A stretch of DNA of 63,995 bases, filler included, from Alloascoidea hylecoeti (GCA_001600815.1; 5 parts of 5 records of this genome joined end to end with filler, not necessarily neighbours in it); one strand, 5' to 3'. Shown: positions 38,385 to 51,308, counted from the first letter of the whole stretch. The notes: generated by a model not told the origin, from the sequence alone. Numbers and translations: made by a program.

Positions 38385-40473
38385 TCACATATGCTCGTCT
38401 TTTTGCTCATCTATATGCTCTTGATCACAATAATGTTTATTGCAATCATTTAAGTAGTCGTTTCTCGTCAGTATCTCATCAATTTTTTTTAAAGCTAATT
38501 CGGGAGTATCACAACCAACATCATCCATTAATGGTTTAATACATAACCAGCCTCCAAAAGTCTTCAAATGTCTTGATAAAGCATCAGATCTTGCAAACTT
38601 CTTACCACATCCCCATTCAGTTTTACCATCTGATAATTTTCCACCACATTTAAATTTTTTAATACCTGAATGTAAAAATTCATGTCTTTTTTTATCATGT
38701 AATCTTGCAAAATTTTTATTACAATAATTACATTTAAAAGGTTTTACGGTTGTATGAGTATTCATATGTGACTGTAAATTATATGATCTTGAAAATATTT
38801 TATCACAAATTTCACATTTATACTCTTTAATTTGTTTCTCTTTACGTTTTCTTGTCCTTTTCTTTTTTGTGATACTACCAGTTTCATGGGTTGTAGTTGA
38901 AGTTGAAGTTTCTGCTTCATTTGATGATGGTGTTATGGTATGTGATGATGGTGAATGATGATTTAGTCTGTTTGAATTGATTGACTCAACCATTGAGGAG
39001 ATTGAGGTTGATGAAATTGAAGTCATTAATGGTACTGGCGAATCTTCTAAATATGATGAAGGAAATGGTGATAAACTTTTCGAGCGAAGACTAATATTAT
39101 TTTTTTTATTTGACAGATTTGATTGTAAACCTTTTAGTTTTTGTTGTTGTCGTTTTATATATTTATCATGTTTTGATGGTTTGAAAGTTGAATCTGACCA
39201 TAGATTTGAGTCTTGATTATGATGTACATTTTCGTTTTCATTTATATTTTCATCTTTATCCTTACCAGAATTTCGATTATTCTTATTATACTTCTGCGAT
39301 GATGATAACGATGAAGGATTTAAATTTGATATCATTAATGGAGGTGTCATATCTTCTCTTGATGTTAATTCATTTGGAAAATCACCCATATTAAAATAAT
39401 TTAGATCTAGTAACAATGATTCTGAATCAAAGTCTTCATCATTGATATCTGAGTTAAAATCTGACAAACTTCCAACAGATGGTGAGCAATTAGTTGAACT
39501 TAATACTGAGTATGAAGGTATATTAGGGCTTAAAAAGTTTGATGATCCAATTTTAGTTTTAGTTTTACTAGCATTGGTATTTATATTTGAAAATTCATTT
39601 CGATTTATTTGTCTCTGTAACTGATATTGATCAGTATCATTAGTATCTATACTCATATAATTTTCATCATTATCAAAAAATAATGGACAGAATTTATTTC
39701 CAGTTCGGGCAAAATTGGACCCACCAGTAGTAGTTGTTGAATTATTTGTAGTTAAATTGTTTTTCGAATTAACATCATCATAAGCACAACCAACCGAAAT
39801 AGAAGAAAATGGAGTGTCGGGTGATCTTAAATCAGGAGTCAGAAAATAATTGGAATCATTAACAGCCAAGTTAAAGCTTGATGTGGCAGAAGAAACAGAA
39901 GCATAATAAGGACTCTGTAGCCGGTCTTTATATATATTAGATGTTGCTGCAGAATTTTGAAAATCAAACGGAGGATATTTGGATACGGGGGTAATGTAGT
40001 CCATATCGTTGACAAGGGGATTTTCATTGGATGAAGAAGTCGATGTAAACAATCGTAATGGAGAAGTTGTTGTGTCGATTTGTATCCGTTGGGTGGATTC
40101 AGATTTAAAAATCGGTTGTGGAGCATCTGGAATTTGTAATTGCGATAGATTCTGAGTAGGTTAGTAAGTATATAAAATAAACAGATGAGTAAACAAAACA
40201 TACCAGCTTGGAGGAGGAGTTTGTATCGTAACTCTCAACTCTAATTCCCGGAAGATTCAGCTTCAAATTTGTTGTGAGATTAAAATCTTCATTTGAAGTT
40301 TGGGAAGATGGCTTTTCTTGAGAGCTTTGTTGATGATGTATATTCCTTGATAGCATGACATTGATATCATTGTATTGAGGTTGGAGCACCGCCTTGTCCA
40401 GTGCCTGAGTATAGTCCTCGTCGATGACGTCCAAGTCAGGAATTTTGTAATCTTCGGTGGGGTTCTCACTCAT
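38385..40473 (-). CDS. CRZ1: Calcineurin-responsive zinc finger transcription factor (exons 40473-40204, 40151-38385; 678 aa)
   Basis: [11 protein letters not shown] and FKCGG...[13 protein letters not shown] fingers; PxIxIT-like PGIRVE; Ser-rich region. Intron 40152-40203 (GTATGT, TACTAAC, CAG) is in frame. Confidence 0.85.
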
Positions 40474-43400
40474 CGTGCCTGAAACTCGTGAAGAGAAGAA
40501 GTATTAAATTTGAAAGGGGGAAACACAGCGTTGTTTATATAATTATCCGGTCTCACGTTCAGTATGCAGAATGCATGAAATTCAAATTCAAAATATTATT
40601 TCCTTCAATTGAAACAACAATTCTTCTTAACCGCGCACCTACCCGCAGTAAACGCATTAAGGACAACCAAGCTTTTCTAGTGCGTCTCTTATTAAACTTA
40701 ATTCTTCGACACACACCCAACACTACGGGAAAATCACTCCGATTCTCGCCGAATCTTCGTAGATCTGTGGTTTATTTCTTCTATTCTGTTACGGCCCAAA
40801 AAACAGATACTGCTCGGCTCTTGTGCTCACTATGTTCTCGAAATATCAAGGGTACTGCTAAAAAAGGGTCCTACTGTCAAACTTCTTGGCAAAAAAGTGT
40901 AAAATTATACAGGGCACATATTGTCTAGGATTAATATTAATTCTCTCTTCTTCTACATACTAAATAATTTTGTATTTTCCTACGATACTCGGTGAATTGA
41001 ATGAATAATATCTGATTTACATACACTTGTATTATATAATTAGATAATAAATATAGATCGCTTTACTAGATTTACTAAATTTCAGATTAATTTTTCTCGC
41101 TTGGGCAAGGCTTGTGGGAATTATTATATTTTGCAATTGAAATGTAAAACGATGAGTATGTGGTACTGAATATGTTTTTCGGGTCGTTCTAGATTCGGAG
41201 GAGCAATAATTTATGGAGTTGTTTTAATTCATCTATTTCCGCATCAGGGGTATTTTTCAATGGGGGCTGTGTAACTTGTTCGCATCTTGCATATTAACTA
41301 TGATAAGCCTTGCGTGACAATCATAAGTTTCGAGCTAAAATCAGTATTACTTTATTAAGCCTCGCAGCTTTTGGAATATTTTACTGTAGTTCCTTTTTAG
41401 CATGTCGGATTATGTAAGCCTATGCTATATTTGCAAGTTTTGTAGCCAATATCCAATGAGCCTCGTTCTGCCAGAGGACGGTCTCGAGCTCGATTTGGAT
41501 ACTTGATACGCAATGAGAGCCATTGGGAAGACGGTCTCCAAAAATCCATTTAAAGCTACTACATCTGTCCATTGCTATACATTCTTTTTGACCGGTTTTT
41601 TAAACATTACAAACATTTTTATATCCGACATATACCTATCACCTATAATTATACGTAAAATTATCTGGATATCACGCTTACACTCAATATGTATATTTCA
41701 GGACCTATAACAGTGCTAGCTATAATAATAGCTGCTATATATAGTTATAAGTTATACGTTGTAGAGCCTATCCATAGGACTGTTTTCGGTAATACAAGCC
41801 CGAAATTTTAACCATTCATATAATATTGCAGAAATATCTTTACATAACTTTTATAATTTATAACTACTCAGCTCAACACAGCTTATAATCATGATGAAAA
41901 TGGAGCATTATTGGGACCAAACCATTTAAACGGATGATATCGATGTTCCTGGATTTATATGTCTAATTAATCGCCAATAATTTCCATTTCAATCGATATT
42001 AATACGCGCCTTGTAATTAAATACACACAAGTTTTAATCGATATATATATATATATATATAGCGATCGGGTTATACATACTAAATTTACTATAACTATGT
42101 CTTATGTATATCTACAGCTCTCGAGTGAGTTTTATTTGCTGTTGCATAAACATCTTTATGTTAACATTTGCAATCATCCCTTAAGCTTGAAGAAAATTGA
42201 GCTTTTAGATATTGTATTCATTATCTATATCTAGTACGTTCTCATATAATATAGCCTGATTAAATATAAAGTACATATACAAGGTTACAACTTATAGCTA
42301 TGGAGGTGTATCTTTCAGTTCAAGATTAATTAAGCTTTAGAAGGCCCTTGCTTGGCATGCACCCACGGCTGTATCTACGGCTGTATCCACGGCTGGATTT
42401 ATTATTAGATTTATAATTATAATTAATTGTTTTTCCCAGCACGTTTAAAAAAATTCCGAATTTTTGTGATTTAATTAATTAAGCAGCTTCGATACAATTA
42501 ATATACATTAACATTCAAATGTTTTCTGATTCTTAACACCCACCACCTTTCACTACATCTAGCTCTGGATGCTTGTTTCCTGGATAAAATTTGAGCTTGT
42601 GCACATGTTTTTCATTTGGTCCGGAGAGCTCTCAGGCCAACCTACCTGTTTTAATTAGTTTTACTCCAAAAAAAGAGTACCACATTCAAAGGCTTGAATA
42701 AAAGATATTGCTACCCCGCTATAATAGTCCCTTGATATACACCTCTAAAAGCAATTTTTCTTTGAAACTTTTCTGTAACATCCGAATATCGCATGTTTAT
42801 GATCGGAAATATTTGCAATTCTCTTATTAGAACCTGCGATCCCCCAAAGATAGCTTTGAGTTCCACCGGTTAATTTGGTATATTCTATATAACTAGACTC
42901 ATAAAAGTTATGACCTACTCCGACCATATGGACGAAATAATAATATTTCCTTGTAGTCAATTGAGCCATTTTTATTTCAATTTATTAAGTTTTGATGAGA
43001 TTTTCTGAAATGAAGTTAATGAAGAGGCTTGTGGGTTCTGACTCTCCTGGGTGAAACCAAAGAGTGCGTAACATCTGGTCACCAACTATATTAGCATAGC
43101 AATTATCGATCTATAATTTCCAAATTAAGCAATATAGCTAACGTTGATTTCCTCTTGTTATACATATAAATTAATGTTAATGTACAGATCTGAGGCATTG
43201 ACAGCAAAACTAGACAACATTAATGTATATTGTAGGTAGCATTAAAAACTAAAGATATAAATAGAAAGATAAATTTCTATATATCAATAGAAATCTATAG
43301 TTTTCATTTATTAATAATATTATTAATGTTTTTAAATTTCTAGCTTAATTATACCATTTAATGGTTTCATTTTAATATTTAATTAAAAAAGATACCATGG

Positions 43401-43510
43401 GTATACATGTACAATGATATGAAACAAAAGTAGAGAAAATAAGGGCCCTTAATATAATGCAACAAGGGGGATGTGGGATGCTTATCCGAACTGTTATATA
43501 TTGATAATAT

Positions 43511-44720
43511 TGTCAGTTACAGTGCCTCCTTTGCTCTTAGATGATGAGCCAGCTCATGCCCCACCCCATTAGAGTTATCATATGTGTAAGTTACAGCCTG
43601 GATGTAAAGGTCAAGTAGCTGGATTGCGATAGTTGGGGGATTACACACATATAGCAGATTAGTTTGCAAGAGTTAAATATCACAAATTTCTTGATTACTT
43701 CCTCAGAAAACAACAATTTTGTCCATTGTGTTGTGTTCTGTTATGATACAATTCTCTTTTCCTCCAACAAATCTCACACATAGTAAATGTTTAAGATCTT
43801 CTTCATCTCCAGCAGGAACAGTTTAGATATTTTAATATTTGACTTTGTGGGAGTTTGTCCTAATATCACTGTTACGATATCTGAAGATTTGGCTAGCTGG
43901 CTTTATCTAAATTTAAACAAGGGTTCATGAGACCACTATTGAAAAGGCTAAAAATTGAAGATTAAGAAAGAAATTATGTATCGAATGCTCAATTACTGGA
44001 TCAGAAGAAACCTAAAAGACAATGAAGATGAATTTTCGCTGATGATGAGCCAGAAAAAGAGACCATATCCGCTGAACTTGCCAATCTGATTCAGAAGAAG
44101 ATGGTGACGAAAAAACGAGTAAATATATGGCAGATGGCACAAAGAATAGTTAGCTAACTGTAGGTTATTAAAAAAATTATCGATCATATTTCCTTCTATT
44201 ACACGCTTTTAGAAATTTGAGGGATATGTTGCTTCTCAGGTTCAATATGACAATTCAAATATGGACGCAGCTTCCTCCCCTTGCTAAAGTTCATAAAATT
44301 TCTCTTTCTATCCTTGATCCATCTGATCCATTTTATCCTAAGAAGTGTGGACGTTGTGCTCTGTTCAACTTTGGGAACTATGTCATTCAAGGAAGCAAGC
44401 GATTTCTACTCATTTAATACAATTAGTGTTGAGCTGTTTCGTTGCTTTTTGATGTAGTGAATCCTCAATTCTAGATTCCTTCATATAGTGTTGGAGGATA
44501 CAGGTCTCGTGAACCATCGCAAAGCCTTACTGTCAGTTGTCAACCTTCTCCATCACACATATTGTTTTGGAAAAGTTGCGTAACGTTACACTCACAATAA
44601 ACATGAACAACATTTAATATCCTTAGAAACAGTAATAGCTCAACAGGAAGAATGTCTGAAAATCTTAGTTGCAAGAATATTAGCCTTGGGCCCACCATCA
44701 ATCATAGAGCGTTTGTATGC
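43511..44720 (-). mobile_element. Highly decayed gypsy-like remnant (protease-like motifs, PPT-like end)
   Basis: SMIDGGPKANIL near 44700 (DSG-like), LLRIKWIR near 44340, and AGAGCAAAGGAGGCAC-TGTAAC at 43516-43538. Confidence 0.35.
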
Positions 44721-45430
44721 GATTTTTCATTTGTGTAGCTTAAGCACAGCCAGGTGCACTGTGATAATATATATCTCACTAACACATAGTTATTGGCTAG
44801 TAGTTATACTTATACTACAGTATTTCCTCTAAGAATTCGGTAGGATGGAGGGAAATATTTCCGTGGGGTGGGAGAGTTTCTTCGGAATTAAGATTTCAGT
44901 GAATCACTATTTCGTTTAGGTTCTGTCATTTGAACACATTACAATTGGTCAGAATAATCGCTGTTTGTGTGAGATAATTTCAACGCGGAATGGAGAGAAA
45001 AACTCAGACTTCGGATGCCATGGTCTGGAATATTATTACCAATTCAGTTTACTTCTCAGCTGAAATATATTTGGGTGGTATTCTTAGCTCTTTGACAAGA
45101 ATTCTGGTCATATGCAGATTATTAATTCGTCACCATCTAATAAGCAAATAGCCATTTACCCCACTTATTTAGTTATGAATAGTTATACCCTCCAGTAAGT
45201 TATCAAAAATATACATAATTAACGGGAAACCATTTTTAAAGATGAGATAACAGGAAAATCTTTTAGGAAACCGAATAGTGATATTAATTGTTATCGTTGT
45301 GTTCAATTTAAAGAGAATGAACTACATAGCTGGTTTCATAAATGGGCTAGATCAGTTCGTTCTAACATCATTAGACTTAGGCATCATATAAGAAACCCCA
45401 GGAATTATGTTCATGTGGTAAAATTGACAC

Positions 45431-46364
45431 GATTGAACACTTATTACTTGAGTGTGACCAATATAATAAGGCCCGTAATAAAATAAATATAGGTACAATG
45501 ATACTATTCCATCTTTGCTATTTACAAATACAGGTTTAAGCAGAATAACCAATCTCTTGGAAGACGTGGGAAACAGAGTGTAAGGCTAACACATTACAGT
45601 GAGACAGAATCTGGTGTTCTTCTCATATAAAGATTAATATTATTTTTTTCTTTCTTTTTACTCATATTTAGTTTATCTTATCTTTATTTTATATTATTAT
45701 ACCTTACTTTATTAACAGTTTATTTTCACTTTTGGCTTTTATAATTCAATTTTTATGGCTATTTTTATTCTTCTGAATAATCTGTCTTTGCTTTTGATTT
45801 GAAACTTGATTTAAATTTTTTTTCAATTGAGTGGTACACTCTCTTGTACCCTCCTCTATTATAGGATCCATAGATTTCGGTTTCTCATAGTGTTCCCGGG
45901 ATCACCTTGTAAAGTGGCTTAATTATCCACCACTTTCAAATGACCGTGATCCTACAATGGGAGAGGAATAAATAAATATACAGAAATCAATAGGGATATT
46001 GATCCATTCAAATACTCTGGGAAAAGGCTCTATAATTAGTTGAGTTACAGTGGATAGTCATAAAAATCTATAAAAGCCAAAAGTGAAAATAAACTGTTAA
46101 TAAAGTAAGGTATAATAATATAAAATAAAGATAAGATAAACTAAATATGAGTAAAAAGAAAGAAAAAAATAATATTAATCTTTATATGAGAAGAACACCA
46201 GATTCTGTCTCACTGTAATGTGTTACACTCTGTTTCCCACGTCTTCTAAGGATTGGTTATTCTGCTTAAACCTGTATTTGTAAATAGCAAAGATGGAATA
46301 GTATCATTGTACCTATATTTATTTTATTACGGGCCTCGTCATATTCGAGTAATAAGTGTCAATC
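45431..46364. repeat. Inverted repeat, arms 45431-45743 and 46069-46364, 325-bp spacer
   Basis: 45469-45743 is almost the exact reverse complement of 46069-46336, with small indels. Confidence 0.9.
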
Positions 46365-46559
46365 TTTTTAAATATACCATAGAATGACTTCTAGACTTAT
46401 ATCAAGGGAGATTTAACGTAATTGGTATTCTGAAAGGAAACTACAATCAAGTAAGCGGATGAAAATATGGATTCTGAGTAAACATGGATTCTCAATTGCC
46501 AAAATAGGAAGAAGGCTTAATATATTGCACCGTTAACTGTGCTGTTCACTGTAAAGACA

Positions 46560-46701
46560 TACATCGAGAAGTTGGCTTCAAAGTTCAACATTAGAATACC
46601 AAGGACCATCTAAGAACCATTCTGTAGAAACATGAATATGGAATCCTTTCAACATTTAAAGTCCCTTCTGAATTAGGGTAGCAATCAGAGCAAAAGGGGA
46701 G
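46560..46701 (+). mobile_element. Gypsy integrase C-terminal (GPY/F) remnant and PPT
   Basis: EKLASKF and YQGP fragments, then AGAGCAAAAGGGGAG. Confidence 0.35.
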
Positions 46702-46702
46702 T

Positions 46703-46809
46703 AATTCGTAGGATCAAACAATGAATTTCGCTCTTCAACGTTTCGCGTATTGTAACTACACAGCCGCGAACAGTTGGAGAGCGAAATTCATTGTTTGATC
46801 CTACGAATT
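46703..46809. repeat. Long hairpin with 32-bp perfect arms
   Basis: 46703-46734 is the exact reverse complement of 46778-46809; imperfect pairing extends to about 45 bp. Confidence 0.95.
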
Positions 46810-47419
46810 TCTACTTATCGTTTCCCACGATTTTAATCTTTTTGTTCACGCCAAAGAAGAAGCGTATTATACTGTAATCCTACACAAATTCCGTTTTTTT
46901 CGCATTATATGATTTTGAAACTTTGGCTCGTACGAATTTTGGCTGTAATTTATTTAGTCAAAATGCACGAAATGGGTTTTTTTCTCACCATCGTACCACG
47001 GTAATTACTAGTTTCAGTACAGTAATTTGACTTGATCTCGGCCACATTATATTTATCCACATGATGCACGATGTTTGTCTTGTGGGAGACTCAAACCGGA
47101 GTGATAAGATGCAAAACTTACGGGATTTAACATTTATATAGTTTTGATTGGAAGATCTTATTTTAACTGGAGAAGTATATTGAATGGTGAATTCAGCGTA
47201 CAAAGCTTTTGGTCTATACAAGTGAAATTTGTAATCTACACAAGTTACCATTAATTGCAGCAAAGAACAAAGAAGAACCGTGACAGTAGAGATTCGAGAG
47301 AGTTTTTCATTTTAGTAATTATTGTGTTTTCGATCCTTCCGCAATTCTTGATACTATAATTATATTGTCATTTTCTTTGCACCATTCTCTGTTCTTTTTT
47401 TAATCAAGTTCCCGATCAC

Positions 47420-48200
47420 AACATGTTTCGGCCACAGGATGCACTAAATATTGGGACACTTGGGGGAAGAAATATTCGGACCCATGATGAACTAGTTATC
47501 GGACATGTGATGGACTAATTTTTCGGACTCTCGTTATTATTTGCACCATTTACATCCGGATATCCTCGTAAAAACACCTGTAAACTTTATTGGAAAGCTT
47601 TGGAGTATTCATAGCCTCAGATTTGGAAGAAACTGAAGATGTTGTAAGTTATATTCATCTCAATATATATACAAGTCAATAGTTATTCGCGAAATAGAAC
47701 CTTAAACATTTAACCGAGTAATTTACTGGAAGAGTTGTATACATGAATATTATATATTCTCTGTATCTATTACTCTACTAATTATACCATATATATTATC
47801 AATTTTTTTTAGCTAGCAACAAGGAATAAATCTCTTCGGGGGAATCCCTATTGATTTTTAACCATAACCGATCTACATTATTTTCGAGCTGGGTAGAAAC
47901 TTAATAAAATATAATAATGTATTATTACAGTGGAAATGATATAATAATAAAATCAGGCACTCCCAAAAATTAAAGAGGTGGAAGATAATTCCTATGCATG
48001 GCCCATTATTTATTCTATAAAGTGTTCGAATAATTAGCTTATTATTTGATAATTCTTCGCGCTTCATTTGTCTGAAAATATATTTATATATTCCTCTAAG
48101 TGTCTAAATAATTAGTACATGTCCGAAACTTTACTTCAATAAGCGTCTGAACATTAGTGCATCTGAGTGTCCAAAATTAAGTGACACCTTCGGCTGGAAA
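47420..48200. mobile_element. Old foldback-like element with inverted arrays of about 24-bp period
   Basis: TTCGG-like cores at 47427, 47451, 47475, 47498, 47522; opposite-sense GTCCG-like cores at 48121, 48145, 48169, 48193. The arms share TTAGTGCATC. Confidence 0.55.
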
Positions 48201-48421
48201 TAGTGGCCCCAAACAGAGGTATGGATGTTTTGTGGTTTTCACCTCTTGCAATTGATTAAACAGCCAACACCCAACTGTTTTTTTTCGAGGGCCGAAACTT
48301 GTGTCCGAAAGCCAAACATTTTGCCTAAGTGTGAAATCGAAGCACAATTGATACGCCTCCTGAACATAATTTACCGATAACAAATATCGCGAATCAAATT
48401 TTCGCGCGTCTAAATGCTCAA

Positions 48422-48562
48422 AAATATCTAGGCAAAATATATGACGAAAATTTCAGAGACACTATAATCTTTAGATGCGGGAATATTCATGTTCATAAAT
48501 CTGGTGATATCATGTCGTGGTTGGAAGAGGAAGGAATTGAAGTGATTTGATAGCCTGCATAC
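48422..48562 (+). pseudogene. Tc1-family DDE transposase remnant
   Basis: Translates as IIFRCGNIHVHKSGDIMSWLEEEGIEVI**PAY, matching the Tc1 pattern FQQDNAPxHxS...WL...I.VL.WPxxSPDL. Confidence 0.7.
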
Positions 48563-49235
48563 ATCGTCAGAATCAGACTCTACTAAGCAGTTCACAAAAT
48601 ATTTATCGTCAAAATTGAACCAGTCCCATAAAACCACGCGGAAGCAAATAAACCCAAATACCTTAATTAGATGAATACATGGGAAGGTACTTGGGCAGAA
48701 TTCATCCAGATTTCCTCCTCGAAATTGTGTCTTGAAAGTTAAAGGTCATAAATGAGCAGTGAAAAAATGGTGCTGGTAATGTGGCAGCCTAAGCGACGAA
48801 TAAGCTTTACATTACACTTCAAATAACATAAATTAAGAGAGGAGAATGATATCTTTATTTTATTCCATACAAAGTATTAAACAACTCTAATAAATTTTAT
48901 ATAATACGTGACTGTATTGATATTTAAGTGGTTTCAAAATTTAAATTTTCCTGCAGGGCCCCCAACTGTATGTCCAATGTCCATCACCAAGTATTCGCCC
49001 ACTATTTACAGCAAATAATCAGTCATTTGATTCACTATTATTAGTAACTGATGACATGGTACACTAATTTTTGGCCATACCGAAACATCGGCGATTTGAT
49101 GTAGTAATGTTCTTTCTGTTCGGCCATGTTGATTACAAATTTTCAGTGCACCCGTAGATTTTGGTCTAATGTGTGGTTTTAATCTTTAAATGTTTTCTCC
49201 GCTAATACTATTTGTCTTCTCCTGTATTGAATATA

Positions 49236-50860
49236 CAGTACTTTGCATAAATATCGGCCACTTATGATCTAAATATTCACTCACAGATGAAATACTATTC
49301 GTCTAAATGTTGAATTGGCAATTAAACCTGATGATGTAACAATATTCGACGACTTGGCGTAAATATTCGGCAGATGATGCACAAACAATTCGACCACACT
49401 TTGAATTAAATATTAGGCNACGTCATGTATAAAGGTTCGACCAAGTATTCGACCAATTCTTCAATTAAACTTACATTCAGGGCCACTTAATGCATGAAGA
49501 TTCTGCGGCTTTAGACTTAATAAGCGGCCACTCCTTGCGTAAATGTTCGACCACTTCTGGAATTAAATATTCGGCCACATCTTGACTTAATATTCGACTT
49601 GCCCCACACTAATTTTCGGCCACCTATACATTCAAACTTTTAGCAAACTGTGCGCTTGGTTGACTACATTAACTGGACAATTATTAAAGCAACATTTAGG
49701 TAGAATTTAAACGTAAAATAGGAAGAACTAGTTTATATATAAAAAATAATAAAGTGACTATGTATGAAGTAGAAGAACATTTACCTATAATTAAACCAAG
49801 TAAAGTAAATTTTAAAGCAGCAACTAATACTAATATAGGTACTTTAGATGTAGAATCATATTTTAACGAAGAAAAAAATCAATCGAAGAAAAATGCATAA
49901 ATTTCTCCTCTACATATTCTCCAGTTTCATCTCATGACAGTTTAAGAACACTGTTGTCTTTACACACACAAAAACCAAATGAAACAATGGTTCAATTTGA
50001 TGGCTTTTCTTTCTTCAAACCTAAGTGAGTGTATATATATGCATCCTCCATCCGGTATTAAATCAAAACCCAATTGTATTTGGAGACTTCATCGTTCTTT
50101 ATATGGATTGAAACAATCACCCATGAACTTCTATCATAAAATCTCTGAAGTTTTAAAATCTATTGGTATGAAAAATTCTGTTGTTGAACCTTGTGTATTT
50201 TACACATCTAAGGTCAAATTGATAATTTATGTTGACGATGGATTACTTTTTGTATACTTACGCTTTATATAGGGTTTAAAGTATATATAAACAAAACCCT
50301 GAGCTATTTTATATCAATGAAAATCAAACTAGTGAAAATTTAATTCTAACGTGTATAAACGCTAATGACTATCAATAATGGTGTATTAGTGTTGTGAAAA
50401 ATGTTCATTGTATGTGAATGTGTAAATATATGATTAACATGTACTTCGTTTGTTGATGGCCGAAAATTAGTGTGGGGCAAGTCGAATATTAGTGTCGGGC
50501 GGTCGAATATTAAGTCAAGATGTGGCCGAATATTTAATTCCAGAAGTGGTCGAACATTTACGCAAGGAGTGGCCGCTTATTAAGTCTAAAGCCGCAGAAT
50601 CTTCATGCATTAAGTGGCCCTGAATGTAAGTTTAATTGAAGAATTGGTCGAATACTTGGTCGAACCTTTATACATGACGTNGCCTAATATTTAATTCAAA
50701 GTGTGGTCGAATTGTTTGTGCATCATCTGCCGAATATTTACGCCAAGTCGTCGAATATTGTTACATCATCAGGTTTAATTGTCAATTCAACATTTAGACG
50801 AATAGTATTTCATCTGTGAGTGAATATTTAGATCATAAGTGGCCGATATTTATGCAAAGT
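49236..50860. mobile_element. Non-autonomous foldback-type Tc1/mariner-like element (family A) with about 390-bp repeat-built TIRs
   Basis: TA|CAGTACTTTGCATAAATATCGGCCAC left end. Arms 49240-49622 and 50457-50860 are reverse complements; about 17 AAATATTCGGCCA-like units spaced about 23 bp apart. Confidence 0.75.
49910..50272 (+). pseudogene. Ty1/copia reverse transcriptase fragment
   Basis: YSPVSSHDSLR, IYMHPPSG, SLYGLKQSP and IIYVDD motifs with frameshifts. Confidence 0.9.
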
Positions 50861-51205
50861 CTTTAGAAAATGATGGAGATCCGTGGTTGAATCTAAGGCA
50901 GAAAAATTGTAAATTGTAAGTTTGTAAAAGTAGTTAATATTAATTGTATTAAAGAAAAAAGGTTAAGGAGCTAAAATCCTTTAAGAAGATTTTGTCCTTT
51001 ATATAGTTAGCTATGTAAGTGGTATACGAAAATAATAAAGTGGAGTAAGTGCTATAAGAGCATAAGAAAGGTGGGAAGGATTCTCATAAGAGAATATTAA
51101 ACAGATAGATGAAAGATCACATGATAAGTCACGTAGAAATAGAAAGTTTTCAAGTATAAAATAAAGATGACAGGTAAGATAGAAATGCATGATTTGCACT
51201 CCCCC
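50861..51205 (-). mobile_element. Ty1/copia PPT and 3' LTR
   Basis: GGGGGAG (51205-51199) followed by TG at 51198, about 100 bp downstream of the pol stop; distal end unclear. Confidence 0.7.
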
Positions 51206-51308
51206 ATAAATTTAATTGAATATTTTATGAAAAACAAATTTAAAAGTATAAGAANAGAAAAATAAAAGTTATTAGCAAGAGATGATATAATCGAAAGTAA
51301 AAGAATAT

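Noticed and set aside
40488..40928. 146-aa ORF divergent from CRZ1
   Set aside because: GTG start, no motif, lies in the CRZ1 promoter.
42363..42398. 3 x 12-bp CYACGGCTGKAT repeat as a Crz1 autoregulatory site
   Set aside because: Does not fit the GNGGCK core and is 1.9 kb from the ATG.
49240..50860. Repeat arrays as CRISPR
   Set aside because: Cores are only about 12 bp and degenerate, linkers about 10 bp, the context is eukaryotic and there are no cas genes.
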